From the NCBI RefSeq assembly GCF_009914755.1, contig NC_060935.1: a DNA stretch of 64,000 nt. One strand, written 5' to 3'. The position numbers and the translations under genes are program-made. How positions within the stretch are numbered: the first letter of the stretch is position 1; every line of letters starts with the position of its first letter. This document shows, one piece after another, positions 12,470 to 23,889 of this stretch. Below the pieces are notes generated by a model that worked only from the letters and a program-made list of their open reading frames with translations, did not search any database and was not told where the DNA came from. This DNA is from the human T2T-CHM13v2.0 reference genome, Homo sapiens.

Positions 12470-13436
12470 TTTTAAAAAGTTACACATTGTAATTGCATAA
12501 TGAAGTAACATGTGAACCAATTCCTCTCGTAAATTCATTACAAGATGGAGTTAAATTCCTCTTTGTCTCTCCTTCTGTAAATGTCCACATTCTTCTAGGA
12601 GGATTCACTGCTTTAGGTTTGCTGAATATTTTTAAAGACCTTGTGCTATGCAAGCACATACAGATATCTGTACCCCTGGAAAACCTATGGAGTGATTTTA
12701 TGCATATGTACCCATGTTCTGTGTATGCGTTTTTAAAGTAGAAATGGAACCACGTCATATACATCACTCTGCAACTTGCCTTTTGCACTGAACAATACCT
12801 CTGGAGGATTTGTTATTACCTGTACATGTCAGTCTACTTCACTTGATTTAACTGCTGCTGAAGCTTCCAAGCTTTGGGTATCCCCAGCCTATTCAGCCGT
12901 TCTCTTATTGGTGGACATTTTGACTGTTCCCAATTTTTGCTAAAACAAATGTAGTGAACACCCCATACACGCCTCTTTGTGCACACATGTCTTTCAAAGT
13001 AGATTCCACGAAGTTGGATTGCTTCATGGTATGCAGGGTATGCCCAGTTTTATTTTTTAGTAGAATTGTCTCCAAAATAGATACATGTATTTACACCAGT
13101 GGTGTCTGAGAGCATATTTCCCCTGTTTTCTCGGCCAATATTGATCTATCATCAATTTAAAAAAATGTTGCCAATCTGCTGGCAAAAAAAGAGTATGATC
13201 TTTCACTTAAATTTACCTTTTCCCGATTACTGGTGAGGTTGGGCATTATTTTATATGTTTGTTGGCTATTTATGTTTCTTCTTTTGTAAAATCCCTTAAT
13301 CTACTTTTTACCCATTTTCCATAGTGTTGCATAGCTTTTTTTTCTTGCTAAATTTTTGGAGTTCTTTATGCATCCTGAATCCTAACCTTTTAGGATCTAT
13401 TTTCTCCTGGGTTACTTGACATCTTAACATTATAGT

Positions 13437-13491
<55 letters not shown>

Positions 13492-13640
13492 TGTATGTGT
13501 GTGTGTGTGTTTTCAAACAGAAGTTTCTAACTTTGATATGATCATATACTACTGAGCTTTTCTTTTATGAATTTTAATTTATGTTCTGTCTATGAATGCC
13601 TCCTCTATCCCCAGGTCATAAACATATTTTTTCCTATTAT
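12470..13640 (-). mobile_element. Old L1M (L1ME-like) fragments
   Basis: Degenerate L1 3' motifs: ttggtggacattttgactgttcccaatttttgcta, ctggtgaggttgggcatt. Confidence 0.65.
13443..13510. repeat. (TC)n(TG)n compound microsatellite
   Basis: Directly visible. Confidence 0.97.
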
Positions 13641-14028
13641 GAAGCCATGTATTTTTCTGGCCAGGGCATAGCATGAATCTATGTACCTTCTATCAGGCTC
13701 AGGGCTGCTGCATGAGCAAGGATACTGACATTCTGCCTGGGGAGCAACCATTTATACTTTAACTTTCAACTGGATTCAGCTGCAGGGTGATCCTCAGGAA
13801 TATGCTTCTTAGGTAGCCTAAGGGGACTGGCTTAGGCCGTAGCAAGAAGCTTTTGAGGGCCATGATCAAACAGAAACATTTAAACCACAAATCCAGAAAA
13901 GGTATGGAATGACTTTCTTCAGAGATAGCCAAAACCCAGATGGATTTATTATCTTAGGATATTTAGGGTAAGTCCACACTTGAGAAGGTTCAAATGATCT
14001 GCTACAAGTTACTTGGCCTTCCCACTGG

Positions 14029-14339
14029 CAGCACTGTCTAATGGAAATATAACTCAAGCTGCATTAGTATTTTAAGACTTCTGGTAGCCACATTAAAAAA
14101 TAAGTAAAAAGAAATAGGTAAAATAATTGTAATGATTTAACCCAATATATCCAAAATAGTATCACTTCAACATGTAATCAAGATTACATATTATTAACAT
14201 ATTGTACATTCCTTTTTTTGTATGAAGTCTTTGACATTTGATGTGTATTTCTGCTCAAAGCCCATATCAATTCAGAGAGCCACATTTCAAGTATTCAACA
14301 GCCCCATATGCCTAGTGGCTACTGTATTGGACAGAGCAG
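14029..14339. mobile_element. MER33 hAT-Charlie element
   Basis: cagcactgtctaatggaaatata...gtagccacattaaaaaa...gccacatttcaagt...tagtggctactgtattggacagagcag. Confidence 0.85.
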
Positions 14340-14569
14340 CCCTAAGGATTAAGACTGCAAAAGATCTATGATGTGCTGAAAGGCATCTTCTCTATTTATA
14401 TTAAAGTGATTAAGCAACCACAGTCTGAATTTTTAAGTACCTCCTTCACCCTCCCCCCATCCTTTGTTCTCCTAACACAAGTGTATTATAACTTCAATTG
14501 ATCCCACCTACTGATGTAGACTAATCTTCCTAAAGCAGTTTTGTTTGGATTCTTTCCTGGAGAGGATGT

Positions 14570-15330
14570 TGCTGCCAAAGAAGACTTTTAGGAGGAGGTG
14601 AAGTTAAGCGGAAACTTGGAAGGTGGGCAGGAATTAGCCAGATGTCAGAGGGAACTGTGTGATTGAGGATGTGGCTGCGGTGTATAGGCTGAGAGTCAAG
14701 CAGACCTCAGATCCTACAGAGACGTATAGGTCCTGCTGAGAACTTGAACTGGATTCTGAAGATAAGGGACTCATCAAACATATGCAGTAGAGAGTATGGG
14801 AGAGAGGCAGGATTTGAGGCAAGGAAATTGGTTTGAAGGAAAGTGCAAGGTCCAGGTTAAAAATAAATGAGGGCCTAAGCTAAGGCAATGCATTCATTCA
14901 TTCATTCATTTATTCACTCTACAAATACTTATTGTCTACTGTGTGAGAGTTGATGTCTCAGGTGCTGGAGGTTAAGTAGGAAAAAAAGCATGCAAAACCC
15001 TCTGCCCTCACAGAACTTCAACATCCTGTGGGGAAAGGAAGTAGATGGTGATGAAAAACGGTGATCCTCAAGTTTCAGGTCTTGCTTGGTGAATGATGGG
15101 ACCATTTTCTGAAATAGATATTACAAGAGGCAGAACAGGCTTTCGGAGAAATAATGGGTTCAACTTCATCTGTTTGACAAAGGTTTGGATGTTTGGCAGA
15201 TATTCAAGTGGAGCTACCCAGCAAGCTGCTGGATATGCATATTTGGATAATTCTGGAATAGATGTGGAAGCCATGGCATATCAATTGTATAAAATCCCTG
15301 GGAGTGAATGAGATAACCCTAGGAGGATGT
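14570..15330 (-). mobile_element. L2 fragments
   Basis: (cattc)n L2 tail at about 14890-14915, followed by aaatacttattg. Further degenerate L2 motifs such as ggaccattttctgaaatag. Confidence 0.6.
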
Positions 15331-15337
15331 ATGGAAG

Positions 15338-15497
15338 CAAGAGTCACAACTCAAATGATTACAGGGCTCAGGTGAGTTATGAATGTATGTGAATTGGGTC
15401 ATATGTGAAATAGAGTGTTGTTTTTGTGGCTAAACAGAGAGTATATTCTGTCTAAGGCAGCAAGATTTGGCTGGTGGACCACCAGTTTGCAATTCCT
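15338..15497. mobile_element. MER102-like hAT element (internally deleted)
   Basis: Ends agagtcacaactcaaatgattacagggc and gatttggctggtggaccaccagtttgcaattcct resemble MER102 termini. Confidence 0.5.
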
Positions 15498-15554
15498 ACA
15501 CTTTTGGAACTTCTTTCTATGCCTCTTGTCTCATTTTTCAAATAAATATTTTTA

Positions 15555-15925
15555 TGGCAGGCAGCTAGCTGTTCATGAAAACCCATTTCCTCTTCTGAGA
15601 TACTCATTGCAGTTCCTAGCCTCCTTGCCATTACTAGTGGCCGTGACTGGGTTCTAGCCAACGGGATATGAGCTCAATTTTCAGCCAATGCCTTAAAGAA
15701 GAGGGTGTGCCCCTCCATACTCTCTCCTCTTCCTCTGGCTTATATACATGATGACGAAGTCTAGAGGATTTTGGAGTCACGAGATGGAAGGAACCAGGAA
15801 TAAGGCCACCTCCCAACCAGGACATCTTCTTTTGACTATTATCTGAGTGAAAAATAAATCTTTGTGATGTTTGAGCCATTATACAAGTTTGGCCCTGTTT
15901 GTTACTACAGCCTAGCCTAACTTAG
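15555..15925 (+). mobile_element. Old MaLR LTR (MLT1H/I/J-like)
   Basis: cctagcctccttgc...ggccgtgactgggttctagccaacgggatatgagc...aaataaatctttg...gtttgttactacagcctagccta. Confidence 0.6.
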
Positions 15926-16069
15926 GAAATCCACTGCTAAACCACACTAATCCTGGCTGTGACATCTCTAAGGTCAGGGACCATGTCTGTCCAGTTCATT
16001 CATGGATCCTCAACACATAGCCCAGGACATAGCATGCAGTAGGTACTTAATACAATTTCTTGACAACAC

Positions 16070-16280
16070 TAGCTGTGTTTTATTGAGCATGTTTTATGTG
16101 CCAGTCACTGCACTAGATCTTTTATATATTGTGCATTATTTCATTTCATGTAATGACAACTCTATAAAGCAGGTTCCAATATTATACTTTTTTCCTCGTA
16201 AGAAGATTGAGGGTTGGAAAGCTTATAGCTGGTATTTGAAATGAGGCAGGGTGACTCCAAAACACACACTCTGAAACACC
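16070..16280 (-). mobile_element. MIR fragment
   Basis: tttattgagcatgttttatgtgccag...acaactctataaagcagg...ggtgactccaaaacacacactct. Confidence 0.6.
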
Positions 16281-16544
16281 AGTACATGACCACATGCATA
16301 CTCATTTCAGCATTTTAACTCAAGTATTTTCTCCCACCAAGAATGCCCTCAACCCCTCCTCCCCAATTATTGAAGCCTGCCTTCTGCATCCTTCCTAGCA
16401 CCCATACAATCATTCTACCCTTTAATTAGTCCAGCAGGAATTTCATATATATCATTACTACAACAGGGATTCCATGTATTTGTCTGCTTCTAGAAATAAG
16501 TTATCTTGAGGGTAGCACAATATCTTAGACATTATTCATCTGAG

Positions 16545-17075
16545 TGTTCCTTAAAACATACGGGAAGATGGAGAACCTGCCATGTGCCAGGCACCCTAGG
16601 CACTGAGGACTAAACTGCAAATAGGACAGAGACAATCTTCTCTTTTGAAAAGCTCTATTCTTGTGGGAGTAAACAGACATAAAAAACGCATCACAGCACA
16701 ATGTAACCTCCACATTAATAGACGCAGAAGAAGAGCGGGGAACCAGTTCTTTCTGGAGGAGGAAAGAAAGGACTCCCAGAGCAGGTGACATTTACCTGAG
16801 CTTCTGAAGAGTGAGTAGAAGTTCTCCAGTTGTTTAAGAGGAATCTCAATTAGTGGGAAAAGCATGTACAAAAGTGTGGATACATCAAGATGCAGGAGTT
16901 CTTCTGGATGGATGAGGTATTGGATTGCTAAAATGTAGGATTCCTTCATGGATTCATTAATTTATTCAACAGATACTGAGTAAACCTAGAATGTGTCAGG
17001 GATTGCACTAAATGTAAAGGATTCAAAAGTGAGCAAAACAGACATGATCCCTACCCTTGTGGAGCTTAGAATCCA
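16545..17075 (-). mobile_element. L2 fragments
   Basis: catgtgccaggcaccctaggcactgagga; ttcattaatttattcaacagata...gacatgatccctacccttgtggagctta. Confidence 0.65.
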
Positions 17076-17451
17076 GCAGGGATGGCAGCTGACTACAAAG
17101 CTCTAGCAATCCTGTGTGAGAGGAAAGGAAGAAGGGATAGCCCACATGTAAGTGAGAAGCTGGAGAAGTGGGCTGGTCCAGATTGCAAGAGACCTTTGAC
17201 ACCATTCTAGGGAGAAGGAAATCTCTCGTCAATCTATCACCAAGTCCTGCCTCTCCTGCCTCCTTGATAGCTCTCAATTGTGTCCAGTCTTCTCACCGCC
17301 ACTATTCTCAGTATAGGTCATCATCTCTTCCTTGAATGAACGAGATAGTCTTCTAAAAGGCTTTCTTGCCTGTCATCCCCCACCCCCACCCATTGTCCTC
17401 AATGCAAACAGAGGGATCTTTAAAAAATCAAAATCTGTTCATGTTATGCCC

Positions 17452-18082
17452 TATGGTAGGCAGAATTCTAAGACAGCCCCATAATCTCCATCTTCCTGGG
17501 GGCTACTTTGGTGATTATATTACAGTACACAGCAAAAGGGGTTTTTCAGATATAGTTAAGGTTACTAATCAGTCAACCTTAAGACAGAGAAATTATCCAG
17601 GTAGGTTTGACTAATCAAGCACTTTAAAAGCAGAGTTTTCTCTAGCTAGTGGCAGAAGAGGATGGTAGATTGATTAGAAGCAAAGGAGGACTGGATGGAT
17701 TTGACATGTGGTTGCTGACTTTAAAGTTGCAGGGAGGGGGGTGGATATCCTACAGAAAGGATCTGAGAGAGTTCTGTAGGAGCTGAGAGTGACCCTGGAG
17801 GACAGCCAACAAAAGAATGGGGACCTCAGACCTACAACTGAGAGGAACCAGATCATGCAAACAACCTGAATGGATTTGGAATTGGGTATTCCCCCAGAGC
17901 CTTCAGACAGGAACTTGAACCAGCCTATACCTTGCCTTTTGCCTCGGACATCCTGAGCAAAGTATGCAGCAGCCATGCCAAGTTGGACTTGTGATCTACA
18001 GAACAGTGAAGTAATAGATGGGTGTTGTTTTAAGTCACTAAGTTTGTGATAATTTGTTACATAACAATAGAAAACTAATATA
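17452..18082 (+). mobile_element. MLT1E-family MaLR solo LTR
   Basis: tatggtaggcagaattctaagac...gttaaggttactaatcagtcaacctt...ggggacctcagacctacaac...ttgttttaagtcactaagtttgtgataatttgttacataacaatagaaaactaatata. Confidence 0.85.
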
Positions 18083-18149
18083 CCTCCGACCTTTCCAACC
18101 CCCCAATAAAACTACTGGGGATTTACCAGGCCCAGGCAGTTAATCGCTA

Positions 18150-18300
18150 CACCAGTTCCATTAGGGAGGTATTTTTATTATCACCATTTCACAGACCAGG
18201 AAACTGAAGCTCAGAGAGATTAATACTTTTCCTAAGGTTATAGAGCTAGTACGTGGTGCTGAAATTTTTACTTGGCTGTTCTGACTCCAGATTTGCACTC
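18150..18300 (-). mobile_element. MIR fragment
   Basis: ccatttcacagaccaggaaactgaagctcagagaga. Confidence 0.7.
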
Positions 18301-18304
18301 TATG

Positions 18305-18812
18305 GGTTCTCATTGTCTTTAAGATAAATCCAAATACATAAGCATGGAATTAAAGGCCCTTCCTGATCCCATTCCTGTTCAATTATCCAACTTCAGTTTT
18401 AGGCACTCCTCTCAAATTCCTGACAGCCCCCATAACTAACATGCTCTTGATTCCTGACTGCACTACAATCCCTTCTAGAATGCTGCTTGTCCCTCCCCTC
18501 CATCTGCTTTCCTTTTGGCAGACTCTAATGGTCCTTTGGGTCTTGTCTAACACACCTCTTCTAGGGAAAGCCTTCCTTGCCCCTCCAAGATGGGTTGGAT
18601 GCCACTCCAGGGTCCCCCAGAACCTCATGCTCTCCCTTATCAGAGGACACAGGACATTGTGTTGGGAATGTTTACTTGGCTGTGCCCTCCCACTAGACTG
18701 TGAACTCCTTGCAAGCCAGAACTGGCGATTAGTTCATTGTCAAATCCCTAGCGTAGGACCTGGAGCAGAGAGGTACTCAATAAATATTTGCTGAGTGAAT
18801 CATTGAATGAAC
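18305..18812 (+). mobile_element. L2 3' end
   Basis: cccactagactgtgaactccttg...ggtactcaataaatatttgctgagtgaat. Confidence 0.75.
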
Positions 18813-20153
18813 AAAAGTGCTTTAGCCAAGAGGCAATGGGGAGCCATCTAAGGTCTTGAAGAAAGGGAGTGAGCTTATTATTACACCTGTGCTCACAAGG
18901 ACAAGTTCAGGGCAAACCTTGCACTCAGTGGACCATCCTCATCAGCAGTTAAGGATGAAACAAGTTCATTTGCATTGTGGCCTTGGGTTTCTTGCACTGT
19001 AAAGCTTGGCTGTTATCTCTTCTGGACCACATCTGAATATTAGAAAATGCCAGAAGCCTTCACAGTTTCCCCTTATGGAGGTGGAAAGCATAAAAATAGC
19101 TTGTGACTTGGGTCTGGGCCCTGAACTCCCACTAGAATGAGGAGCCCCTCTCCCAAAAAGGCTGTGGGAAGCTGAGGTGAAGGTGACGTGGAGACCCACT
19201 TACGTGACACTACAGGGAACGGGCAGCCGCCTCTGAAGGTCTGTCCCCCTCCAGCCCATACCGTTCCATGCCTGCACTTGCTCCCGGAGCACATTGCCGA
19301 ATCTTGTTCTCCTTAGATATGCAAATATTGCTTCCTGTCGAGAAGGACTGGGAGGCCTTCCGCTTTAGAGGCAGCGCTTATAGCGCTAGCTGGTCGTGGA
19401 ATGCGATTACAGCGTCTCCATTGGAGACCGCTGAGTGCCTCGGTTTCCCTGTCTGTGCAAAGTGCACTCCCCAGACGCCGCTGCCTCGAGGGACCAGGAA
19501 ATGCGTCTGGGGGCGCCAGGAAAGATGAGAAGATAAAGTCACGATGCGTCCAGCTAGCTATAGACACAAGCAGAGGAGCCAGTAGGCCAAAGGAGACGCA
19601 CAGCTGATCCGTGCCGAGGCGCGGGCTCCACTCCCTGAAGTGGAGGGACCCTTGAATCTTTCCTTGCGTAGGCGCGCGGCAGAGCAGCGATTTGGCGAAA
19701 AGGGCCGAGACTCAGGATGCCTGCAATGCGAGCGAGGGGCGGACAGGGCGCACGGGGCGCGGCAAGGCTGCGAGGGGCGGGCCTGGGCCCTGAGCCTCCT
19801 GCACTTCCAGCCACAGCTCTGGGCCTTGGGGGCGGGAAGGGGTGGAGCCACGTGGGGAGGAGCAAAACCCGGAGGTCCCGGGCACCTTGGGCAGAGCCAG
19901 AGCGGCGGGAGCCGGTCCTGGGCGCGTTGCCCCGGGAGCGCCCGTCGTCCGGGCAGAGCGCAGCCGCAACCGCGACCACAGCCGCAGTCGCTTTCCAGCC
20001 TGCCTTCGGTGCGCAGCGGGGGAACAGGGCTAGTGCAGCCGCCGGAGGGGGGCACGGGCTCCTCTCCCATCCCAGAGCTACTGGGCTGCCCTTGCTGTCC
20101 TCGCCGCCCCAGCAGACCCCGGCCGGACCTGCCACCTGCGCCCTGGTTGCGCC

Positions 20154-21677
20154 ATGGATCCTTCGGAAAAGAAGATATCGGTGTGGATCTGCCAGGAAGA
20201 GAAGCTGGTGTCCGGCCTCTCCCGCCGCACCACTTGCTCCGACGTTGTGCGAGTGCTTTTGGAGGACGGCTGCCGGCGGCGACGGAGACAGCGGCGGAGC
20301 CGGCGGCTGGGGTCGGCCGGCGACCCGCATGGCCCGGGAGAGCTGCCCGAACCCCCGAACGAGGACGACGAGGACGACGACGAGGCGCTGCCGCAGGGCA
20401 TGCTGTGCGGGCCCCCGCAGTGCTATTGCATCGTGGAGAAGTGGCGCGGCTTTGAGCGCATCCTCCCCAACAAGACGCGCATCTTGCGCCTCTGGGCTGC
20501 CTGGGGCGAAGAGCAAGAGAATGTGCGCTTCGTGCTAGTGCGCAGCGAGGCATCGCTGCCTAACGCCGGCCCCCGCAGCGCCGAGGCGCGCGTAGTGCTG
20601 AGCCGAGAGCGCCCCTGTCCGGCCCGCGGGGCCCCGGCGCGGCCCAGCCTGGCCATGACCCAGGAGAAACAGCGGCGAGTGGTGCGCAAGGCCTTTCGCA
20701 AACTGGCCAAGCTCAACCGGCGGCGCCAGCAGCAGACACCGTCGTCCTGTTCGTCCACTTCGTCGTCCACTGCCTCGTCCTGCTCTTCGTCGCCGCGGAC
20801 CCACGAGAGCGCGTCGGTGGAGCGCATGGAGACGCTGGTGCATCTGGTGCTTTCCCAGGACCACACAATTCGCCAGCAGGTGCAGCGGCTCCACGAGCTG
20901 GACCGCGAGATCGATCACTACGAGGCCAAGGTGCACCTGGACCGCATGCGGCGTCACGGGGTCAACTACGTGCAGGACACTTACTTGGTTGGGGCAGGCA
21001 TCGAGCTCGACGGGTCCAGACCGGGAGAGGAGCCAGAAGAGGTGGCGGCGGAGGCGGAGGAGGCGGCGGCGGCGCCCCCTCTAGCCGGCGAGGCGCAGGC
21101 GGCGGCGCTGGAGGAGCTGGCCCGGCGCTGCGACGACTTGCTGCGGCTTCAGGAGCAACGGGTTCAGCAGGAGGAGTTGCTGGAGCGCCTTTCAGCCGAG
21201 ATTCAGGAGGAACTCAACCAGAGGTGGATGCGACGGCGCCAGGAGGAGCTGGCGGCGCGGGAGGAGCCCCTGGAGCCCGACGGTGGCCCCGACGGCGAGC
21301 TGCTGCTGGAGCAGGAACGGGTCAGGACGCAGCTCAGTACCAGCCTTTACATTGGGCTGCGGCTCAACACGGACCTAGAGGCCGTCAAGTCGGACTTGGA
21401 TTACAGCCAGCAGCAATGGGACAGCAAGAAGCGCGAGCTACAGGGCCTTCTGCAAACTTTGCACACTTTGGAGCTGACGGTGGCACCGGATGGGGCTCCT
21501 GGCTCTGGCAGTCCCTCGCGGGAACCTGGGCCTCAAGCCTGCGCCGACATGTGGGTGGACCAGGCCCGTGGACTGGCCAAGAGCGGTCCTGGCAACGACG
21601 AAGACTCGGATACGGGACTGAGCTCTATGCATAGCCAAGACTCGGACTCCTTGCCCATGTGCGAATCCCTTGTGTAG
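20154..21677 (+). CDS. RASSF10: Ras association domain family member 10 (N-terminal RASSF), single-exon CDS
   Basis: 507-aa ORF with strong Kozak gcgccATGG and an in-frame upstream TAG at 20031-20033. N-terminal RA domain ([26 protein letters not shown]...[38 protein letters not shown]). Coiled-coil segments and C-terminal [15 protein letters not shown]...ESLV, as in RASSF9/10. Confidence 0.98.
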
Positions 21678-21705
21678 GGGTGGGGGGCGGGGGGCGGGGG
21701 GCGGG
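21677..21705 (+). other. G-quadruplex-forming motif G4-T-G6-C-G6-C-G6-C-G3 at the stop codon
   Basis: Sequence ta-ggggtggggggcggggggcggggggcggg: five G-tracts with 1-nt loops. Confidence 0.8.
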
Positions 21706-22546
21706 AACAGGGATCTCTTTTTTCTTGCAGAATGCAGTGGGCCAGCCGGCTCGCGGACTTGAAACCAGGCTGTTGCGAGCCCAGAGCTCCGGCTGGGCAG
21801 CAGCGCTCTGCGCAGCCTCGCGCTCATCTGGCTCCGGGGTGAGTGCAGAGCAGGGTGAGGGTAGAAGAAGTAGGATCCTCAATACAAGCTCATTAAAGAG
21901 AGGGAAGGAGGGAGGAGGCAAGAACCCCCTATACTGGAAAACAAACAACCCAAGGAAATTGACGTGGTCCGAGCCCATTTTCAAAGTAAGGAAGTATAAT
22001 GGAGATTTCGCTACTCTTCTGTATGGGAAGGACTGATGGCAGCTAGAACTTTAGTTTGTGGTATGAAGTGCTTTAAAAGAAACACTTGGATGAAAAGGAA
22101 ATTCCTTGAATGTTAATTGTGACTGTAAACGTGTTAAAACTAGCCAAAGAGGACGCACTGGTGTCGGTCTCTGCCTTTCTTACATCTTTGATAAAACCCA
22201 TAGGCACCAAAATCCTGGCTGTTTACATTTCTGCAGATTTGGGAATTACCCATCTGCTAAATCATTTGTCTTTTATTTTCTTTCAAAGGCTAAACTGTAT
22301 CGAAGTCTAACCCTGTATTTCCTCCTAGTAAACACAATAGATGTTAAAAGGGAATTCTTTTCCCAAAATAACCTTTTATTATTACAAAAGCCAAACATAA
22401 TCATTTGAGATATAAAATCCTGGCAAACATAATCGTGGTTAAAATTTAATCTGGGCCCTTTGGGATCTGTCCCTTCAAAGGCAGGTGAGTTGCCCTTTAA
22501 TTCGTATTGCCACTTCATTGACTCAATCACTGTTATTTCAGAAAAA

Positions 22547-22810
22547 AATAAAAGGAAGTAGCAGAATTCAAGTTACGCAAAACAAAACTTGCTGTCTAAC
22601 AAGCACTCTTTGAAAGCAAAGATGTTTTAGTGTTCAGCTTTTAAATTGAGCTATGTGATTAAAACCAACCATGACCTTAACGGATTTTACCCAAACTCGT
22701 CTAACTTCAGTATGTTTTGTCAGAGATTAATCAGTTACTTGTTCAAACTTAAATTGAGATAGTGTAAATATCAGGGTTTCCTAGATAAGGACAGAAAAGA
22801 AAAAAATAAA
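22547..22810 (+). terminator. RASSF10: Candidate RASSF10 polyadenylation signals
   Basis: AATAAA 22547-22552, ATTAAA 22658-22663 (followed by U/GU-rich tatgttttgt near 22711) and AATAAA 22805-22810. There is also a proximal ATTAAA at 21892-21897. The site actually used cannot be determined from sequence. Confidence 0.6.
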
Positions 22811-23889
22811 ACAATCTCATAGTACTCCTTGGGTGAACAATGTGATTAACGATGGCACGTAGTCATGGAAAAAAAGATAAAAAGTGAGTTAAGAACTTGA
22901 ATTACTCTTGTCTGGCACACGCCTATGCACATGCCAGGAGATGCAAGTGCAACACCATCTCAGTAGCTGGCGACAGAGCTGGTGGGGACTCCATGTAATT
23001 GTTCCAGTTGTTTCAATTAAAACTTATCAGTTGTAGCTAGTTGTTGGCCCCGCGGAAGGAGCCTGCTGGCCGATTTCCCTCTGCAGCTCAGTACTTCTGA
23101 GGAATGTGGGATCTAATCTGTCCTGAGAAGGTTATTAACAATGGGGCATGTGTGTGGTACCAGCATGGTGCAGAAGCCTCTTATCAACCTACTCTTGAGG
23201 GGCTGGCTCCAGTTTCAACACTACATGTGAAGATAACTTAAGAGGTCTTGCTTTATACAGAAGTTCCTTCCCTTGCAGAGATTCTCTATCTGCTTGTTGC
23301 CAATGGGAGCCTGCCCTTATGACCTCCTCAAACCACTGTTTGTGCTGTCTCCTTTTTAGAGACAGCACCCCCCACCCGCCCCGCACTACCACCACCACTG
23401 CCCTGGTATTACAACATGTGTGCCTGTTTGCAGATTTTCAAGTAAAAATGGGAATTTAAAGGCCATTTTCTTAATTGATGTTTTCAAAAGACATTAGCTG
23501 GCATAACTATGGTTTTTTAGTTTCATCTGATGCAGGAAATGTCTATGCATTTGGTCTTGAACATGATAAAAATGAGGAAGGGACTGAAAAAAACCCACCA
23601 TCCCCAGACAATCATTTGATCCCATAAACACGAAACCTAATGATAGCTTTCATTTTGAGGCAGAGGTAAAATCCTCATTAGAGTGTGACAAAATGCTACT
23701 TGTCTGAATGGTTTATGCTGACAATGGGCTGACCTGGTGGTTTTAAAATTATTGTGCTGTTTTTCCCCCTCAGGGTGGTAGGGGAGTGATTCTTGGACGT
23801 TTATTAACTCAAAAAGAACGCAGAAGTTGGCAGAACAGAACTGCCTGGAAGAAAGGGGCTGTTTTCCTTTTCACTATTATTATTTTAAA

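Larger units (their letters stand above)
19370..21850. promoter_or_regulatory. RASSF10: CpG island covering the RASSF10 promoter and entire CDS
   Basis: Abrupt rise in GC and CpG density relative to the CpG-depleted flanks. GC boxes (ggggcgg) at about 19737, 19774 and 19829. No clear TATA box. Promoter methylation silencing of RASSF10 in tumours is established knowledge. Confidence 0.93.

Noticed and set aside
19554-21984. Long alternative-frame and antisense ORFs over the CpG island (320, 331, 271, 147, 140, 136, 129, 125, 119 aa)
   Set aside because: Expected from stop-codon depletion in very GC-rich DNA and as shadows of the real CDS. They are Ala/Arg/Pro/Gly-rich with no recognisable domain, and many start at non-ATG codons.
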